From the human T2T-CHM13v2.0 reference genome, Homo sapiens: 64,000 nt of DNA. Positions 39,651-54,002 of the stretch are shown here, in pieces (position 1 is the stretch's first letter; each line of letters starts with the position of its first letter). The notes beneath the pieces were generated by a model. The model saw nothing but the letters and a program-made list of their open reading frames with translations, was not told the origin of the DNA and searched no databases. The position numbers and the translations under genes are program-made. Location: NCBI RefSeq assembly GCF_009914755.1, contig NC_060932.1, one strand, 5' to 3'.

Positions 39651-42559
39651 ATCTTATCTGCGTTTTCTAAGAGCAGCAAGATCCACTTAAATGAGAATAA
39701 TTTCTACCCTTCCAATAGAAGAAAAGTAGTTTTGAAATTACCCTTACCTAGAAAACTTCCAAAGAAAAGGGAATATTAGCAAAATAAGGTGCTTCTAACA
39801 TGAACTATGTTTATGAAAGAGGACTCTAGATCAGATTCACCAGAGGTTAATGAGGTACTAGCTTTGATAGTTTTATTATCTTTACATTTCCATACTGTTT
39901 AAAGTTAGATGATAGATTCTATGTAATTTTAAAGGATTCTCCAGAGAGTTTTAAGGCCTGATTTGAAATCCAATAAGATGTTCATTATATACCATATATC
40001 TTTGCTTTACAGAAAAATGGCAGGTTTTATACAGAACCATTAATGAGGTAAAAATTAAGAAAATAATGCACAGGTTATGAAAATTTTTTTGTCTTCAAAG
40101 AATGATAAATGAATGGTCAGTCATTTACATTCTAAATTATTAATTCTTATAAAGGGTTGATTACTTTTTAATTGATTCTTTCCAACTTTCATGTAATTTA
40201 AATTATATACCAAATCTAGCAATGGTACTCATCCAAACAAAAAATGAGAAAAGCTGATAATACTAATGCTTTGTGAAGCTGGAAACACCAAGATAACTGA
40301 TTAAAAAGTAGAGGGAAAAAAATCAACTGATTTGTTTTGCTCTAATACAGTTCAGTCATTTCAGTATTCAGATAATAGGAGATGACATAACGTTTTGGAC
40401 TGAGATACTGAAATCCAATTTAAGCTCATCCCTTAACTACATTTGAGCCTAGGGAAGTTACTTCATGGCTAGCACCTCAATTACTCACCTGTGAAGTGTG
40501 AGCATTAAATGATGCAGTGTAGCTCTAGGGTCTAACTTGAAGTCTGGTACCTGTTCTTTATAGTATGAACCCAGGGCTTTGGGGTTAAAATGGAGAAGCA
40601 CTAGAGGCCATAGCTTCTATTCCAGGGGATGTCATTGGACTAGTTCTTTCTGGAGCTCCCATAGGAGGATCCAGGCTCACGCTGGGTTGACCTTAGTGTG
40701 CTTCCTTGTTTGGGAATGATCCAGACTCAAGGTCCACACTTGCCACACACACACTCTAGCATCAAGGTGACCTTTTTTGAGGGCCTCCCAGTTTTAAAAT
40801 TGGACGAGTTGTTTGTGTTTACTCAACTTACAAACAATTCTTGGTCCAACTGAGTTATAGAAAAGCTTTTGCTGGAGCAAACATCAAAAAATAGACATTT
40901 TTGGTGTTTTTACCTTCTAGTTTTTCTCCCGAGGGAAGATATAAGAGAGAATGAATTAGTTATTTCTCAAAGCATTGGACTCTTAATGGAAGAAAATATT
41001 CAAAGACTATTCCATGACCTTGTGACCTTCGAAGAACATATACACCAACATTTCAGCCTGCCAGAGAAAAGAAGAGGAGGAAATTAGCATTGCTGTTTCT
41101 AGGAGAACTACCTTCACAAATATGTGTCCACTACAATGATAAAAATAAAATCAATGTGGGACAAGTTGAATCACATGTTTCTTCATACTTTATGATACGT
41201 GATGAACCCTGAGAATATGCCTTAAGAGTTCCAATACAAAAGTAACATGCTTGGATTAAGAAGAATTCCTTTCTCTTTGAAAGGCTTACTTTGATGACAA
41301 ATCTTAACTGTTAAGTGCCCAGTGCTGATATCCTCCTGGGCATGGAGACAGAGATCAAGTGCTTGGTACAGACAAATCAAAGATTTCCTCTGCCACTAGC
41401 TGATATGCTCATGCTTTCTTGATACTATGCGAATCCACTTGGAAAAAAGAAAGCAAGACTTGTTAATGCAGGAAGATATTAGACATACAGGCAAATCAAA
41501 GATAGAGGGGAATTGATAAAGCATGTTGGCTTAGAGTATAATTTTGATGCGATGTATTCCCAGGAAAAGTAAACACATTGATAAACTCATTGCTCTTGAT
41601 CTTCCTACACAGTTTCTATTGACATTTCTTTCAGCTCCAGGCACAGATTAGAGAGTATATGGCCCATTGATTGCATTTAGGACTCTTAATGACAGGAAAG
41701 AAGATTGAATTCCTCTCCCTATATACATAGGGAAGATTAGTAGCATTTCTGATCTTAACACATTCTTGGATTTGCAAATCTGTTTTCGGAATCTGTTACT
41801 AATTCAATAATTATTTCAGGGGATGCTTTTATTGTAATCCTTAAAAAGTTGAAAAATGTTATGCTATATATGACAATTTAAGTTATAGTTTTGAGCCTCT
41901 ATACAAATAAAATTTTGAGAAAGCTGTTTGAAAAAGGCTCACATCGTTCTTGTGTTGTGATGCTTTCCATATAATATCAATCATATGTTTTACAAACTTG
42001 AAGCCTAGCGAGAGTTGATATTCTTATTTAGAGAACATTTTCTATTTAAATTTAATTTTCTACTTTTACTTAGTTTTTAAAAGTTAAATATTCCCAAGAA
42101 AAATGTACTTAATGCCAGTGACATCAGTTATTAGATTCCACCAAACCATGTCCAATGTTGGATAGGAGACAGTTAACCTGCACCCATTTGCCTTTCCTGG
42201 GCTTTAGACTTTGACAACATTCTTTGTATATTCTTGGTACTGGGCAAAATCCTCTGAAAAGCTTTCCAGGGAGATATACTGGGGCCAGAGACCTATTTAT
42301 CACAACCCTGCACTTTAATAGAGACAAGAAGCTCATTCCCATCATTAGGTTATTAGCAGCTGCAAATAGCCTAAATTCACTTAAAAAGTGTTCATAGAAA
42401 GTGGTTATAATTAATTAAAATCAGCTTGTTTATTGAGAAGAGAAATAAGTCAATTAAATAGAGATTTGGGAGTATGTATTGACTGGGAAGGATCACTATA
42501 AAATTTATATTCACACAGCCCATAAAATGTCGCTGGTGTACGACGTGAGGACCAAATCA

Positions 42560-44340
42560 GGGAACGTCAGTATAAACATGGCAGAATGGGCACATGGGTC
42601 TTTGTAGCAGTTCAAGGAGCTCTTTCCTCCATCCCAGGAAAACAGATGACTTCTCTTCTTCACCCTTTCTGCAGACCAGAAGTTGATTCTCTAGAGAAAT
42701 TGATTCAGAGGCTTTGGACATGAGTCCAAAACAGAGTAGGGTTTGAGGTGTCAGTCTGAAAACACATTGAATATAATGCTGCGCGCTGATCTCCAAGATC
42801 CCTGCCCTCTTCCCACATTGCTGCTCCCAGACAGCTGCAGCAGCTGTGTACCCCTCATCCTTTTCAGAAGAAAATGAACAACGCTGGTGAAAATACAACC
42901 ACATACTCTTCAATGTGAGCAGACAGCTAACGATGACCAGAAGGTAGAACATCCTCGATGCGAAGCACAGACCAGAACAAATTAAAAAATGAAAGAATTA
43001 TTAGAAATAACATAATATGGGAGTAGAAGATTTCAAAATAGATATACATTTTAAAAGATATTACATATGATGTAAAATAACAGGATGTTGTAAAAACAGG
43101 AACGTCAGAAAATAATAAAGTGCTCTTGGGAATTTAAGATAAGGTAGAAGTGTGAAAAAAAAAAAAAGAAGTCGAGGATTTGGAAGAAGTTAATGAATTT
43201 CCTAGAAAGTAGAACAAAAAGATAAAGGCATTAAGAGAGAGAGAGAGAAAAAAAAATCTAAAGTTCTAAATTAAAAGGGACCATCAAACACCCAGCCTAA
43301 TAAACAAGGAAGAATGCATATACCCACCCGAATCAAAAATATTAGAATATCGGGGACAAAGACTAAATACAAGTGTTGGGAAAAGATGAGTCACCCACAG
43401 TGAATAGCTTTCAACCCTGGCATCAACAGCAGATAACAGGAAACAGCAGAGATATACTCTAAAATTCTGAGGGGAATATGATTTTCAATATGAAATTCTA
43501 TATTTAGCCAATTTATCCATCAAACATAAGAGCAAAATAAAGACACTTTCAGACATGCAAGAACTCACACACAAAAAAATATCACTCAAAAACCTATCTT
43601 AAGACACTGCTAGAGAATGTGATTCTGCCAAATTAAGAATTTAACTGAGAGTGAGTAAGACATATGAGATACAAGAAACCGCTTCAAACCCAGGAAGGTG
43701 GCCTTTAGGAGGAGATAGTGTTGATGGGAACTGGGAAGTGTGACTGTGGGAGAGGAGCTTCCGCAGGGAAAACAAGGCTTAGACTGTTTAGTATTGTTTC
43801 TGTGTATTTGATGGGGGGCGGGGAGGAATCTTGCTAGGTATTTGGCAGATCTGTTGGAACACTCAGGGAAAAAAATAGCAATAAATGTAAGAAAAAAACA
43901 TGAAAATATGCAATAATTTTGAATCCAAATGACCGCGTAAAGACTCGTAAGGACTTGCAGTCAACAGTGAGCTCAAGGTAAGACGCTGCGCGCATAGTCA
44001 CGGCGTAAGATGGCGAGGTGGGGGTGGGGAGAGGGAGGAAGGGCGGGGGTGGGGTGGGGTGTGTAAGTCAGATCTTTGCCTTCTGTAACAGGTGTTCACT
44101 AATAGTTCATTCTGTAACTGTGTCTAAGTTTCATAAGACAACAAATAGAAACATAAAGAGTTTGGCGATAACTGAAGAAATGCCTAAAAAGGGTTAAAAG
44201 TGCTTGGGGTATGGGATTGGGCATCCTAACTAGAAAAGAATGGAGTGTGGGCTTGTTTTTTTTCCCCCATTGTAAGTCTCTTAATACTATTTCATTTTAA
44301 AAAATAAGTTTAAACGTTAATAAAAGTTAAAAAGTTCTTA
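42560..44340 (+). mobile_element. HAL1 (half-L1)-like element, near full length
   Basis: 5'UTR-like start (AAACATGGCAGA), TGAGCAGACAGCTAACGATGACCAGA, decayed ORF1-like A-rich body (AAAATAAAGACACTTTCAGACATGCAAGAACTC), AATAAA and A-rich end near 44320. Confidence 0.65.
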
Positions 44341-45098
44341 AGAAATGAAAGATGGGAAAAGGGATGTATGCTTTAAGTGTTCAGGGAGCCAAAATCCTGT
44401 GACATGCCCCCTGGGCCAGCATGTAAGGTTCACCTGTAGGAAGATTACACCAACAACACGTTTCCGTAAACTTTCTGCATAAACAAGTCTCTGAGAAAAT
44501 TGTTAACAATTGGATGAAACTGGTATCCAAAATACAGTAACAGTCCATAAAATATGAAGCAGAGGAACACACCTTGTCTTCTGATTTGGCGCTCAGTAAA
44601 TATGTACATAATCACTTTTCATTGTGTTTGAAGTTTCATGCTGTATGTTAGTGTCTGCTGTGAAAGCTTCTATAACAACTTTCCATGACCCAGTTGTCCT
44701 ATGGAATTGTAGAACAAACCACCACCTACATGTCTGACTTAAGGCAAATCACGAACCTTTATGATTTTTAAAAATCTGTTGACTAACATTGATTGTATCG
44801 TACATTATTTATAGAGATATTTATGAATAGGTTTAAAAATAGAAGTGGAGGAAGCTTCAAAGTGGAACTTATTCAGTTATTGTAAAATTGGAATAATGTG
44901 TATTGAAGGAATCTCTTTTTCTTAGGAATAAAGAAATTATGATAAAGAGATAGCATCATCTAAATAACACTAGATAACATGATAAGAGGGAGATGTGGTC
45001 TGTTTTGTTATTTAGAACATTATTTCAACTCTTAATGTGTGCTTATCTTCTGCAAGATGAGAAAAGCTTATAATACCTCTAAACGTTTTTGGAAATAC

Positions 45099-46842
45099 TT
45101 TTTTTTTTTAAAGAATTTTGCCTTTTAAAAAAACTTTTAGGTTCAAGGGTACATGTGCAGGTTTGTGGTACAGGTAAATTGTGTGTCATGGGGGTTGGGT
45201 ATACAGATTATTTCATCACCCAGGTAATAAGCATAGTACCTGATGGGTAGTTTTTTTTATTCTCACCCTCTTCCCACCCTGCACCCTCAAGTAGGCCCCA
45301 ATGTCTGTTGTTGCCTTCCTTGTGTTCATATGTACTCAATGTTTAGCTCCCACTTACAAGTGAGAACATGCAGTATTTGGTTTTCTGTTCCTGCATTAGT
45401 TTGCATAGGATAATGGCCTCTAGCCCCATCCATGTTGCTGCAAAGGACATGATCTCTCTCTCTTTTTTATGGCTGTGTAGTATTCCATGGTGTCTATGTA
45501 CATTTTCTTTATCCAATCCACTGTTGATGGGCATTGATTTCATGTCTTTGCTATTGTGAATAGCAATGCAATGAACATACGTGTGCATGTGTCTTTATGG
45601 TAGAATGATTTATATTCCTTTGAAAATATACCCAGTAATGGGATTGCTGGGTTGAATGGTAATTCTGTTTTAAGTTCTTTGAGAAATCACCCAACTGCTC
45701 TCCACAATGGCTGAACTCCTCACTGGCAGTTTGTAAGCCTTCCCTTTTCTCTGCAGCCTTGCCAGCATCTGTTAGTTTTTGACTTTTTAATAGCCATTCT
45801 GACTAGTGTGAGATGGTATCCCATGGTGGTTTTGATTTGCATTTCTCTAAAGATTAGTGACGTTGAGGATTTTTAAATGTTTGTTGCTAGTGTGTATGTC
45901 TTCTTCTGAAAAGTGTCTGTTCATGCCTTTGACTACTTTTTAATGAGGTTATTTTTTGCTTTTTGATTAGTTTAAGTTCCTTATAGATTCTGGATGTTAG
46001 ACCTTTGCTGGATGCATAGTTTGCAAATATTTTCTCCATTCTATAGGTTGTCTGTTTACTCTGTTGGTAGTTTCTTTTACTGTGCAGAAGCTCGTTAGTT
46101 TAATTAGGTCCCATTTGTCATGTTTTGTTTTTGTTGCAATTGCTTTTGGCAATTTTGTCATGAAATCTTTGCCATATCCTATGTCCAGAATAGTGTTTTC
46201 TAGGTTATTTTATAGGGTTTTTATAGTTCTGTGTTATACATTTAAGTTTTTAATCCACCTTGAGGTGATTTTTGTATATGGTACAAGGAAGGGGTTCCAT
46301 TTCAATCTTCGGCATATGGCTAGCCAGTTATTCCATTTACCTTTCCACATTGCTTGTTTTTGTTAACTTTGTTGAAGATCAGATGGTTGTAGATGTGTGG
46401 CATTATTTCTGAGCTCTCTATTCTGTTCCATTGGTGTATGTGTCTGTTTTTGTACCAATACCATGCTGTTTTGGTTACTGTAGCCTTGTAGTGTATGTCG
46501 AAGTCAGGTAATGTGATGTCTCCAGCTTTGTTCTTTCTGCTTAGAATTACCTCGGACATTCTGGCTCTTTTTTGGTTTCATATGAATTTTAAACGTTTTT
46601 TTCCAATTCTGTGAAGAGTATCATTGGTAGTTTGATAGGAATAGCATGGATCTGTAAGTTTCTTTAGGCAGTATGGCCATTTAAACAAGATTGATTCATT
46701 CTGTTCATGAGTATGGCATGTTTTCCATTTGTTTGTGTCACCTCTGACTATTTTGAGCAGTATTTTGTATCTCCACAATTCTCATTGTAGAGATATTTCA
46801 CCACCCTGGTTAGCTATATTTATAGGTATTTTATTCTTTTAT
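45099..46842 (-). mobile_element. L1PA (old, about PA13-16) 3' 1.7 kb
   Basis: L1PA-type 3'UTR; ORF2 remnant [40 protein letters not shown]. Confidence 0.93.
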
Positions 46843-46859
46843 TGGTAGAAGTAGTCTTT

Positions 46860-47130
46860 TAATCCACAAACATTTATTGAATGTCAACTCTATGCCATAC
46901 ATTTCAAAGCACTTGGGATATGTCGATGAACAAAGCAAACATCCCTGCCCTCACAGAGCTTAAATTCTAGCAGACAAGACAAATACTAAGCAAAATAAAT
47001 GAGTCAAGTATACACACACACATTTTATATTACAAGGCAATACGTGCTATAAAAACAGAAAGATGAGTATGACGGGGTTGTAGGGAACATCCAATTTGAA
47101 TATTATGAAATGGCATCTGTATCTTTTGAG
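46860..47130 (-). mobile_element. L2 relic
   Basis: CAAACATTTATTGAATG...CCCTGCCCTCACAGAGCTTAAATTCTAG. Confidence 0.7.
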
Positions 47131-47608
47131 CAAAAACTTGGGGTCATGTTGCCCTATATAAGAACAGTTTAAAGGGAATGATGAAAAAGTCTGAAGGCAC
47201 GTGAGTAAGTGAGAACATGGGATGAGGAATGACTTGTAAACATCAAGTACAAATGACCCTATAAAACAATTTTCGTGCCAACCTGAACATCAAAAAAAGG
47301 CAAGATAAGATTCCATTTGTCTGTTGGTTTAAGATGGGAAAAATAATAGTTGGTAGAAGTAACCCATGAAGTTGAAACTGAAGAAGGAATGAGATCTAGA
47401 GCACAGAGAAAAGGACTAGCTAGAGATACATGCGAGGCTAGTTCATCTGTGGTCCTGGCTGCATAGCATCGCATATAGACTCAAGTAGTGATGTGGTAGG
47501 AAAGTTGACATGATGCTAGGGATGGTTCTTCTCTGATCACTTCTTGTCATGAGATTATTGGATAAAAGTCAGGATGTGGGGAGGTGCTATTGATCTGAGC
47601 AAAGAAAA

Positions 47609-47665
47609 GAATGTAGAAAAGAAATGATGTAGGAATGTAGAAAAGAAATGATGTAGGAATGTAGA
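47609..47665. repeat. 24-bp tandem repeat, about 2.4 copies
   Basis: GAATGTAGAAAAGAAATGATGTAG twice plus GAATGTAGA. Confidence 0.9.
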
Positions 47666-48277
47666 GAATTGTCTAGGAAAGTAGGGAATTAGTGCACTAA
47701 GGAAGTATGCATGATTGGAAGCATAAGGGTGTAGTCATGAGTGGGAGTCAAGGGTGTAACATGAGACCATTGGCGTGGTTGTATTTTTACTCCAGCCATA
47801 TTCAGCTCATGGGTGCAGCCCTGAACTAGGCAGAAAGTTGAGTTTATTTAAGATGTGGTGTTTTCAAGTGAGAATGCAGCATTGTGTATGCAAGGAGTGT
47901 TTAAATTAGTTGCCATGTAATTTGCAATATAAGCTGGAAAGGAGGGGAGGAAAGGTGAGAGACAGTGAGGAGGGAGTAGGATCAGTGGATCAGGAGGGTT
48001 AGAATTAGAGGTCTGTAGGCATGAACTAGAAGTAAAAGAGGCAGGGGTAATTTAGTGGGATGGTGGGCCTAAGATTTCAGATTGGTTGCTAACTGCAGCT
48101 TTTGGCAAGGACAAGGTCTAGGGTGAGTCCAAAGGCCAGAGTAGGCAGGGTGTTATAATTTCACGAAACACAGTTCCTGGCAGAGCCTTCCTTACTCCCT
48201 CAGAGGGATTCACATGCCTCACTCTGTTTCCGTAATTCCCTATGAGTATGCATTGTATTTCATTTTCATTGTTGTTA

Positions 48278-48358
48278 TATTCGGTTGAACCACACAAAAT
48301 GGCCAATGTTTGACTGTTTTGCCTGTAAAAAGGGCAGATTCATGTGGCTCAACCTAAT
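48278..48358. mobile_element. MADE2 (mariner MITE)
   Basis: About 80 bp with TIRs TTCGGTTGAACCACACAAAAT / ATTCATGTGGCTCAACCTAA. Confidence 0.75.
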
Positions 48359-50044
48359 GTTTGTACTAGTCTGAGCTGCTTAAGAATAGGGACTGTTACA
48401 TTTCTCTATTTCTAGCCCTTATCACAGTGTCTCTGGTATAACTGGAATTCATTAAATATTTGCTGAATAAATAAATAAATGCAATTCCATTAATAAAATT
48501 CACACAAAAAAGTTTGAAGGCAACATCTGGTGTATTTCGGTGGGTGGAGTTTTTCAAAGCATACTGGAGATTTAAAGGAAAGACAAGGGTGCTTTCTGGA
48601 GACATTGGTGATTGTTGAGTAGGTGTGATGGCTTCTTTAATCCAAATCAGACCTGTGTTCTGAGCTTCGGCTTTGGTGGTTATCTCTTCCATTGAGTATT
48701 GCCAGCACCTGGACCTGCACAGGAAGTGCTTCCCATGGTGGCTCTGAATGTGGGCTGGGGGTTCCATCCTTCACAGCACGTGGCCATGCACAGGAGCAGC
48801 AGCCATCTTTCTACACAGTCATAGATACCACACAGGTGCAATAAAACCGGAAGCTCTCCTTTCTGCTTTAACAGACACAGTTATTTCACTCGCAGACATC
48901 TTTCCCAGAAAAAAAAGAGATGCAGATTTAGACTTATTCAAATGTGTTCATAGCATTTTTCTGTGTAATGGGATTGGTTGGTCCCCTCCTTACATCACAG
49001 TGACTGTCATAATTCCCTGCTTCTCTCTGAGGTCCCAAGGGAAACTAGAGTCTTTGAGCACCTGCTGGGCTGGGCAGTGATGGGTCCTTTATAGCCACCA
49101 TCTGAAAAAACAGAAAAGGGCAGGATGAGCAGCGCTCAAAACCTCCCACTACTGCTGCTGTCTGTCCGGTCCTAGACAAGTTGTCTGCATTTGTTAGATG
49201 TGGACGAATAGTAGTACCAACTTCTAATGTTGCAGTGGGGATTGGGTAAGTGAATACTTGGACGGTGTTTAGAAGTACCTGGTACCTGCCTACTGGTCAC
49301 TGAGCAATTCCTCCAGGCAGGTGCCACCCATGGCCACTTACTGCACATACATTCATCACTAAATTCTTTTCTCCACTTCACAGGTTACAAAACTGTGCTT
49401 AGCAAAGTTAAGTATCTGAGGTCTTAAAAACCAGTGCATTTCTGTCAGCTCCTCTTTAAAATCCTGTAGTGCTTCCTGTATTTTTGATCAATTCTTTCAC
49501 AAACTGGCCTGTGCATTTTCTGCAATCTCTGTTTGCTACCACCACAGGCCTTTGATTTGCAGAAGAGCTGGTGGTGCCATATTATTTCAAGGCTTTAGAT
49601 AGAAGTGTATTCATGATCTCACCTTTATCTATTGGTCATCCTTGTCTAAATAATTCCTACCTGTCTTTCAAAGCTCACCTTGATCACCACCTTCTCCAGG
49701 AAGCCCTTCCTAACCTAACTCCATGTCTGACTGTGACTCTTTTCCTCTCCACTCCTGGAGAACCTTGTTCATTTTCTCCTCATGATGTTCATCACAGTCT
49801 ACTGTGGTCCCTAGAGTACACACCGAGTGCCTCCGACAGGCTGTAAGGGCTTCAAGAATACAACCCACACCTTATTTGTCTCTGTGTCCTTGACATCCAG
49901 CACTGTCCAGCACTGTGCAGAGTAGCAGCAATAAGCGTCTTTTAAAATAAGTGAGTTAATGGTGAAGCCTACTGATCTTTGCCATGAGATAGACCTAAAT
50001 GTTACTATCTCCTGCACAACTTGTAACTGAATGAACTATGTTTC

Positions 50045-50195
50045 TTAAATTCTTAAGACCACAACTTCTTCATTTGCAAAATGAAATAATAATATCTTCT
50101 TTATAAAAGTGTTGTGAGGATTAAATAAGACAATGTATCTAAGTGCTTTACTCAAAGCATGGTACATACTAGTCGTTGAATAAATGATATTATTG
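50045..50195 (+). mobile_element. MIR SINE fragment
   Basis: CTTCATTTGCAAAATGAAATAATAAT...GTTGTGAGGATTAAATAAG. Confidence 0.75.
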
Positions 50196-51142
50196 TTAAT
50201 GATTGTTACTTTTAAAGCCAGGGTTCCAAAATCCCTGTTCTTTCCACTACAATTGAAAGTCCCTCCTTGAAAACAAGGTAAGCACACAGAAAGCATAGTC
50301 AGTGTTGTGGTCTCAATAGTACAATTTAGGGTATTACTGTGTGAAATTGAACTACCCTTTCAATATTTAAACTACTTGGTTAGAAATGTCCAAAGTCTAT
50401 GCTAGGTTCTTTTTTCTAATGAAAAAAACTGTACTATATATGCACATATGAAATAGTTATTCTTAGCTGAATTCTACAGAATATCTGAATAGTATGTATC
50501 CCTGAACATATATATGGGGCATAATTTTAAAAATATAATAGCCTAAAGTGTTACAAAATACATATTATACAAATATATAATATTGTAAAATGCTTTACAT
50601 TTTTTATTAATGTCACCATGCAGAGAAAGATCAGAGTTCACATCATTTCTAGTCTTGGCCTTGCCTGTCACGAGGCAAAATTCTTTATGTTGTAATTTCA
50701 GTGACAGTAGAATGTCTCTCTCCCTAAAATAAATCCACTCCCCTCCTGTTACATACACATACCTGCTGGGACATCTAAAGCTTAATTCTTTGAACTTAAG
50801 CCTCTGATCTCTGTTAACATGAAGATAACCCTGGAAAGAGAAGGCTTTTACTTATTATTAGCTACTTGCTTTTAAGTGTGAGTGGCTTTCAGATCCTTCT
50901 ATTAAAATAGATCGCATTTAGGTAAGGGCTGCAGGAAGAGAGGATGAGGCCCTGTGGGCCTGAGAGAAAATACAGAAGCAAGTAAATGGCAAAAGAGGCA
51001 GCTCCAGTTTTGTTGGTGAGCTGCGTGGTTCCATATAGAATTTCACTTCAATGTAGACTTCTAAATATTCCCAGTTTATTCCTGTGGACTCTGTGTTTTT
51101 TTGTTCCATAGCTCAGATAAACATGTTACATAATTTGCATTA

Positions 51143-51483
<341 letters not shown>

Positions 51484-52379
51484 TTATATAAAGAATGTTA
51501 ATTAGTACCAATAATGATCATGTGTGCTCTTTAAACTAGAATGGGAAAACATACTTAGAAGTGCTCAGTTCATTAATGCCTGCGTGCATATGCTAGCATG
51601 GAAGCAGAAAAAATATTTGCACACACATCCCTCGCACACATGCACACAACTGTTTCAGGAGGCTCCTTTGCCCTTATCTGTGACCCACATTAAGACCTCC
51701 ACCTTCTCTTTTCAGCAGACCACAGCCCCAGACCAGCCCTACAGGAGTTTGCTCCAAGCGCCACTGGCCTGGCCCAGCACACAGGTTGCCTCGTCCGCCG
51801 CCTCCCCACAGCACCTTTCCTGAATTCTGTCGGCATTGAGACCCATCTCCTCTTTCTCTGTCTCTCTTTGCCTGACCCTCGTCCATTCTCCTAGTGGGCA
51901 GGATGCTGTCAGCTATTGCTATTTGGAGGGTGAGATGACCCCTGAGTAGAAATAACTCCTATAAGTTCAGAGGTTCAGCCTTTAACAAACTCACATTCCT
52001 GTTTGACTGACAGATCTCCCAGAAAGGAAAATAAAAGCACCTTGAGGACAGAGCTGGAAGTAGTCTACCTGGGTATTCTCCACAGCTGCAAGCTCAATGT
52101 CCTGAGCTTGCTGGTACTCAGAAAATGTTTAGGAACTTCTTTTTACATTGAGGGTAGTGCTTATGGGCAAAATGAATGCCCATGGGCCTAGCCCTGAGAT
52201 GGCTGGACAGCAAGAAAGGAGAAAGGACAGCATGGGCAATTTTCCACACATGTTTTAAGTTTACAGGGGGAAAGAGACCAAGAGAATAAGATCAAGTCAA
52301 ATCAAACCCATGTATAATAATACCATTACCAATTGTTTTCTTATTTTATGTTTTATTCTGATTCCTTCTAACAAAAGTT

Positions 52380-52383
52380 CACA

Positions 52384-52414
<31 letters not shown>
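52380..52414. repeat. (CA)n microsatellite
   Basis: Direct inspection; one interruption. Confidence 0.95.
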
Positions 52415-53216
52415 GTTCAGCAGAGCTCAGGTTGAAAATAAGTGCCAGTCCTTATACCAAAAAGTAGTATGCTGTGCTTTGAAATTCCTGAAAGCTCATT
52501 TGCTGCCTCACCCTCCCTCTCCCCATGTCCTATAGACCCTGTGTTCCGGATCCATCCTTTGAATTCACTCGGAGGCAAGGTGGTCATTTCTTATCAAAAG
52601 GCGAAATCTACAAAATTATGGCCCAGTGGCAGAAAGGAAGTAGAATGGGCAGCCCTAGGAAGTAGGATGGGCAGGTCCCATAGAACATGGGACAATGAAA
52701 ATTCAGTATGCTTGTTCCTCCCAATAGTTCCTTTTTGAATGCAGAGACAAAGTTAACTCAACTGGTCTTTACTGGAATTAGAATGCTGATTGGTGAGTCT
52801 CTCAATGTGAGACTAATGACATGTTAGAGGTGTGTTAATGAATTTATGTAAAGGGAGACAAAAGAGGAACCAGGGCTAATCAAAATGCCAGCTATTTTAA
52901 GATCTTTGACCATGTAATGACCTTCATACATATTATGCACCATTAGTATTCATGACAATTATAGCTTTTTAATTTTCTCGGTGTTATAAAACATTAATCA
53001 TCTGTACCAGCAAATAAGATATTTTTGCCTGAATAGTTCATATAAAATTTTGGCAATGCTAAACTTGCAAAGTATCATGAAATATATTTCAAAAAGGGCC
53101 GCAAACTGAAACTAATCCACAAAACTCTCACTAAATTCTAATCATTGACAATTTGTGGTGTCATAATCAACATCAGCGAAGAGGGGTTTCAAACTCTTAG
53201 TGACTTAAAATCTTCA

Positions 53217-53462
<246 letters not shown>

Positions 53463-54002
53463 TCAAAGAGGTTTATGGGAAAATAGGATGTCAATGCTTA
53501 TATATCCTGAGAAAAAGTAACCACTTGCCTACAAATAAAATGAATCCAGATACTTTCTACCTTTGCTGTGTGTGTATCTTTGCTACTCAGGGTCAAGTGT
53601 GATGTTGTCAGAAATGACTTTGGCATTACTCTGAACAAGCTTAATGGGAGCAGGAAAACATACATGTAGTGAGGCCTGTGGATCTGGCTGCCTCTCACAT
53701 GCAAATGAGGTGGGGGAGGGAGGAAGTAATGATACTGGGGTTTCCCAAATTGTGGCCCAATAAATATTAAATCAGCAATAAAAAATTGCTCAATTCAACT
53801 GTATCTATTATATTTGGTTATAGAAGGTATATTCTTTTCTTTTGCCATGATGCACAGCGACTCTGATAATCCTGAGGGATAACTGAACTCTGAATCTACA
53901 GAGAAGTTCCAGCACCATCCTTCTGCTGACAGAGCACAAGGAGACAGTCTGGTTGGAAGGGGAACAGTCATCTCTGCTGAGTCTTTAAAGGGAAATATTT
54001 TA

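Noticed and set aside
42557-42952. 131-aa minus-strand ORF with hydrophobic N-terminus
   Set aside because: Antisense to the HAL1-like 5' region; no recognisable homology, and a length expected by chance
48278-48358. Hairpin as a possible miRNA precursor
   Set aside because: Explained by degenerate MADE2 terminal inverted repeats; no evidence of expression
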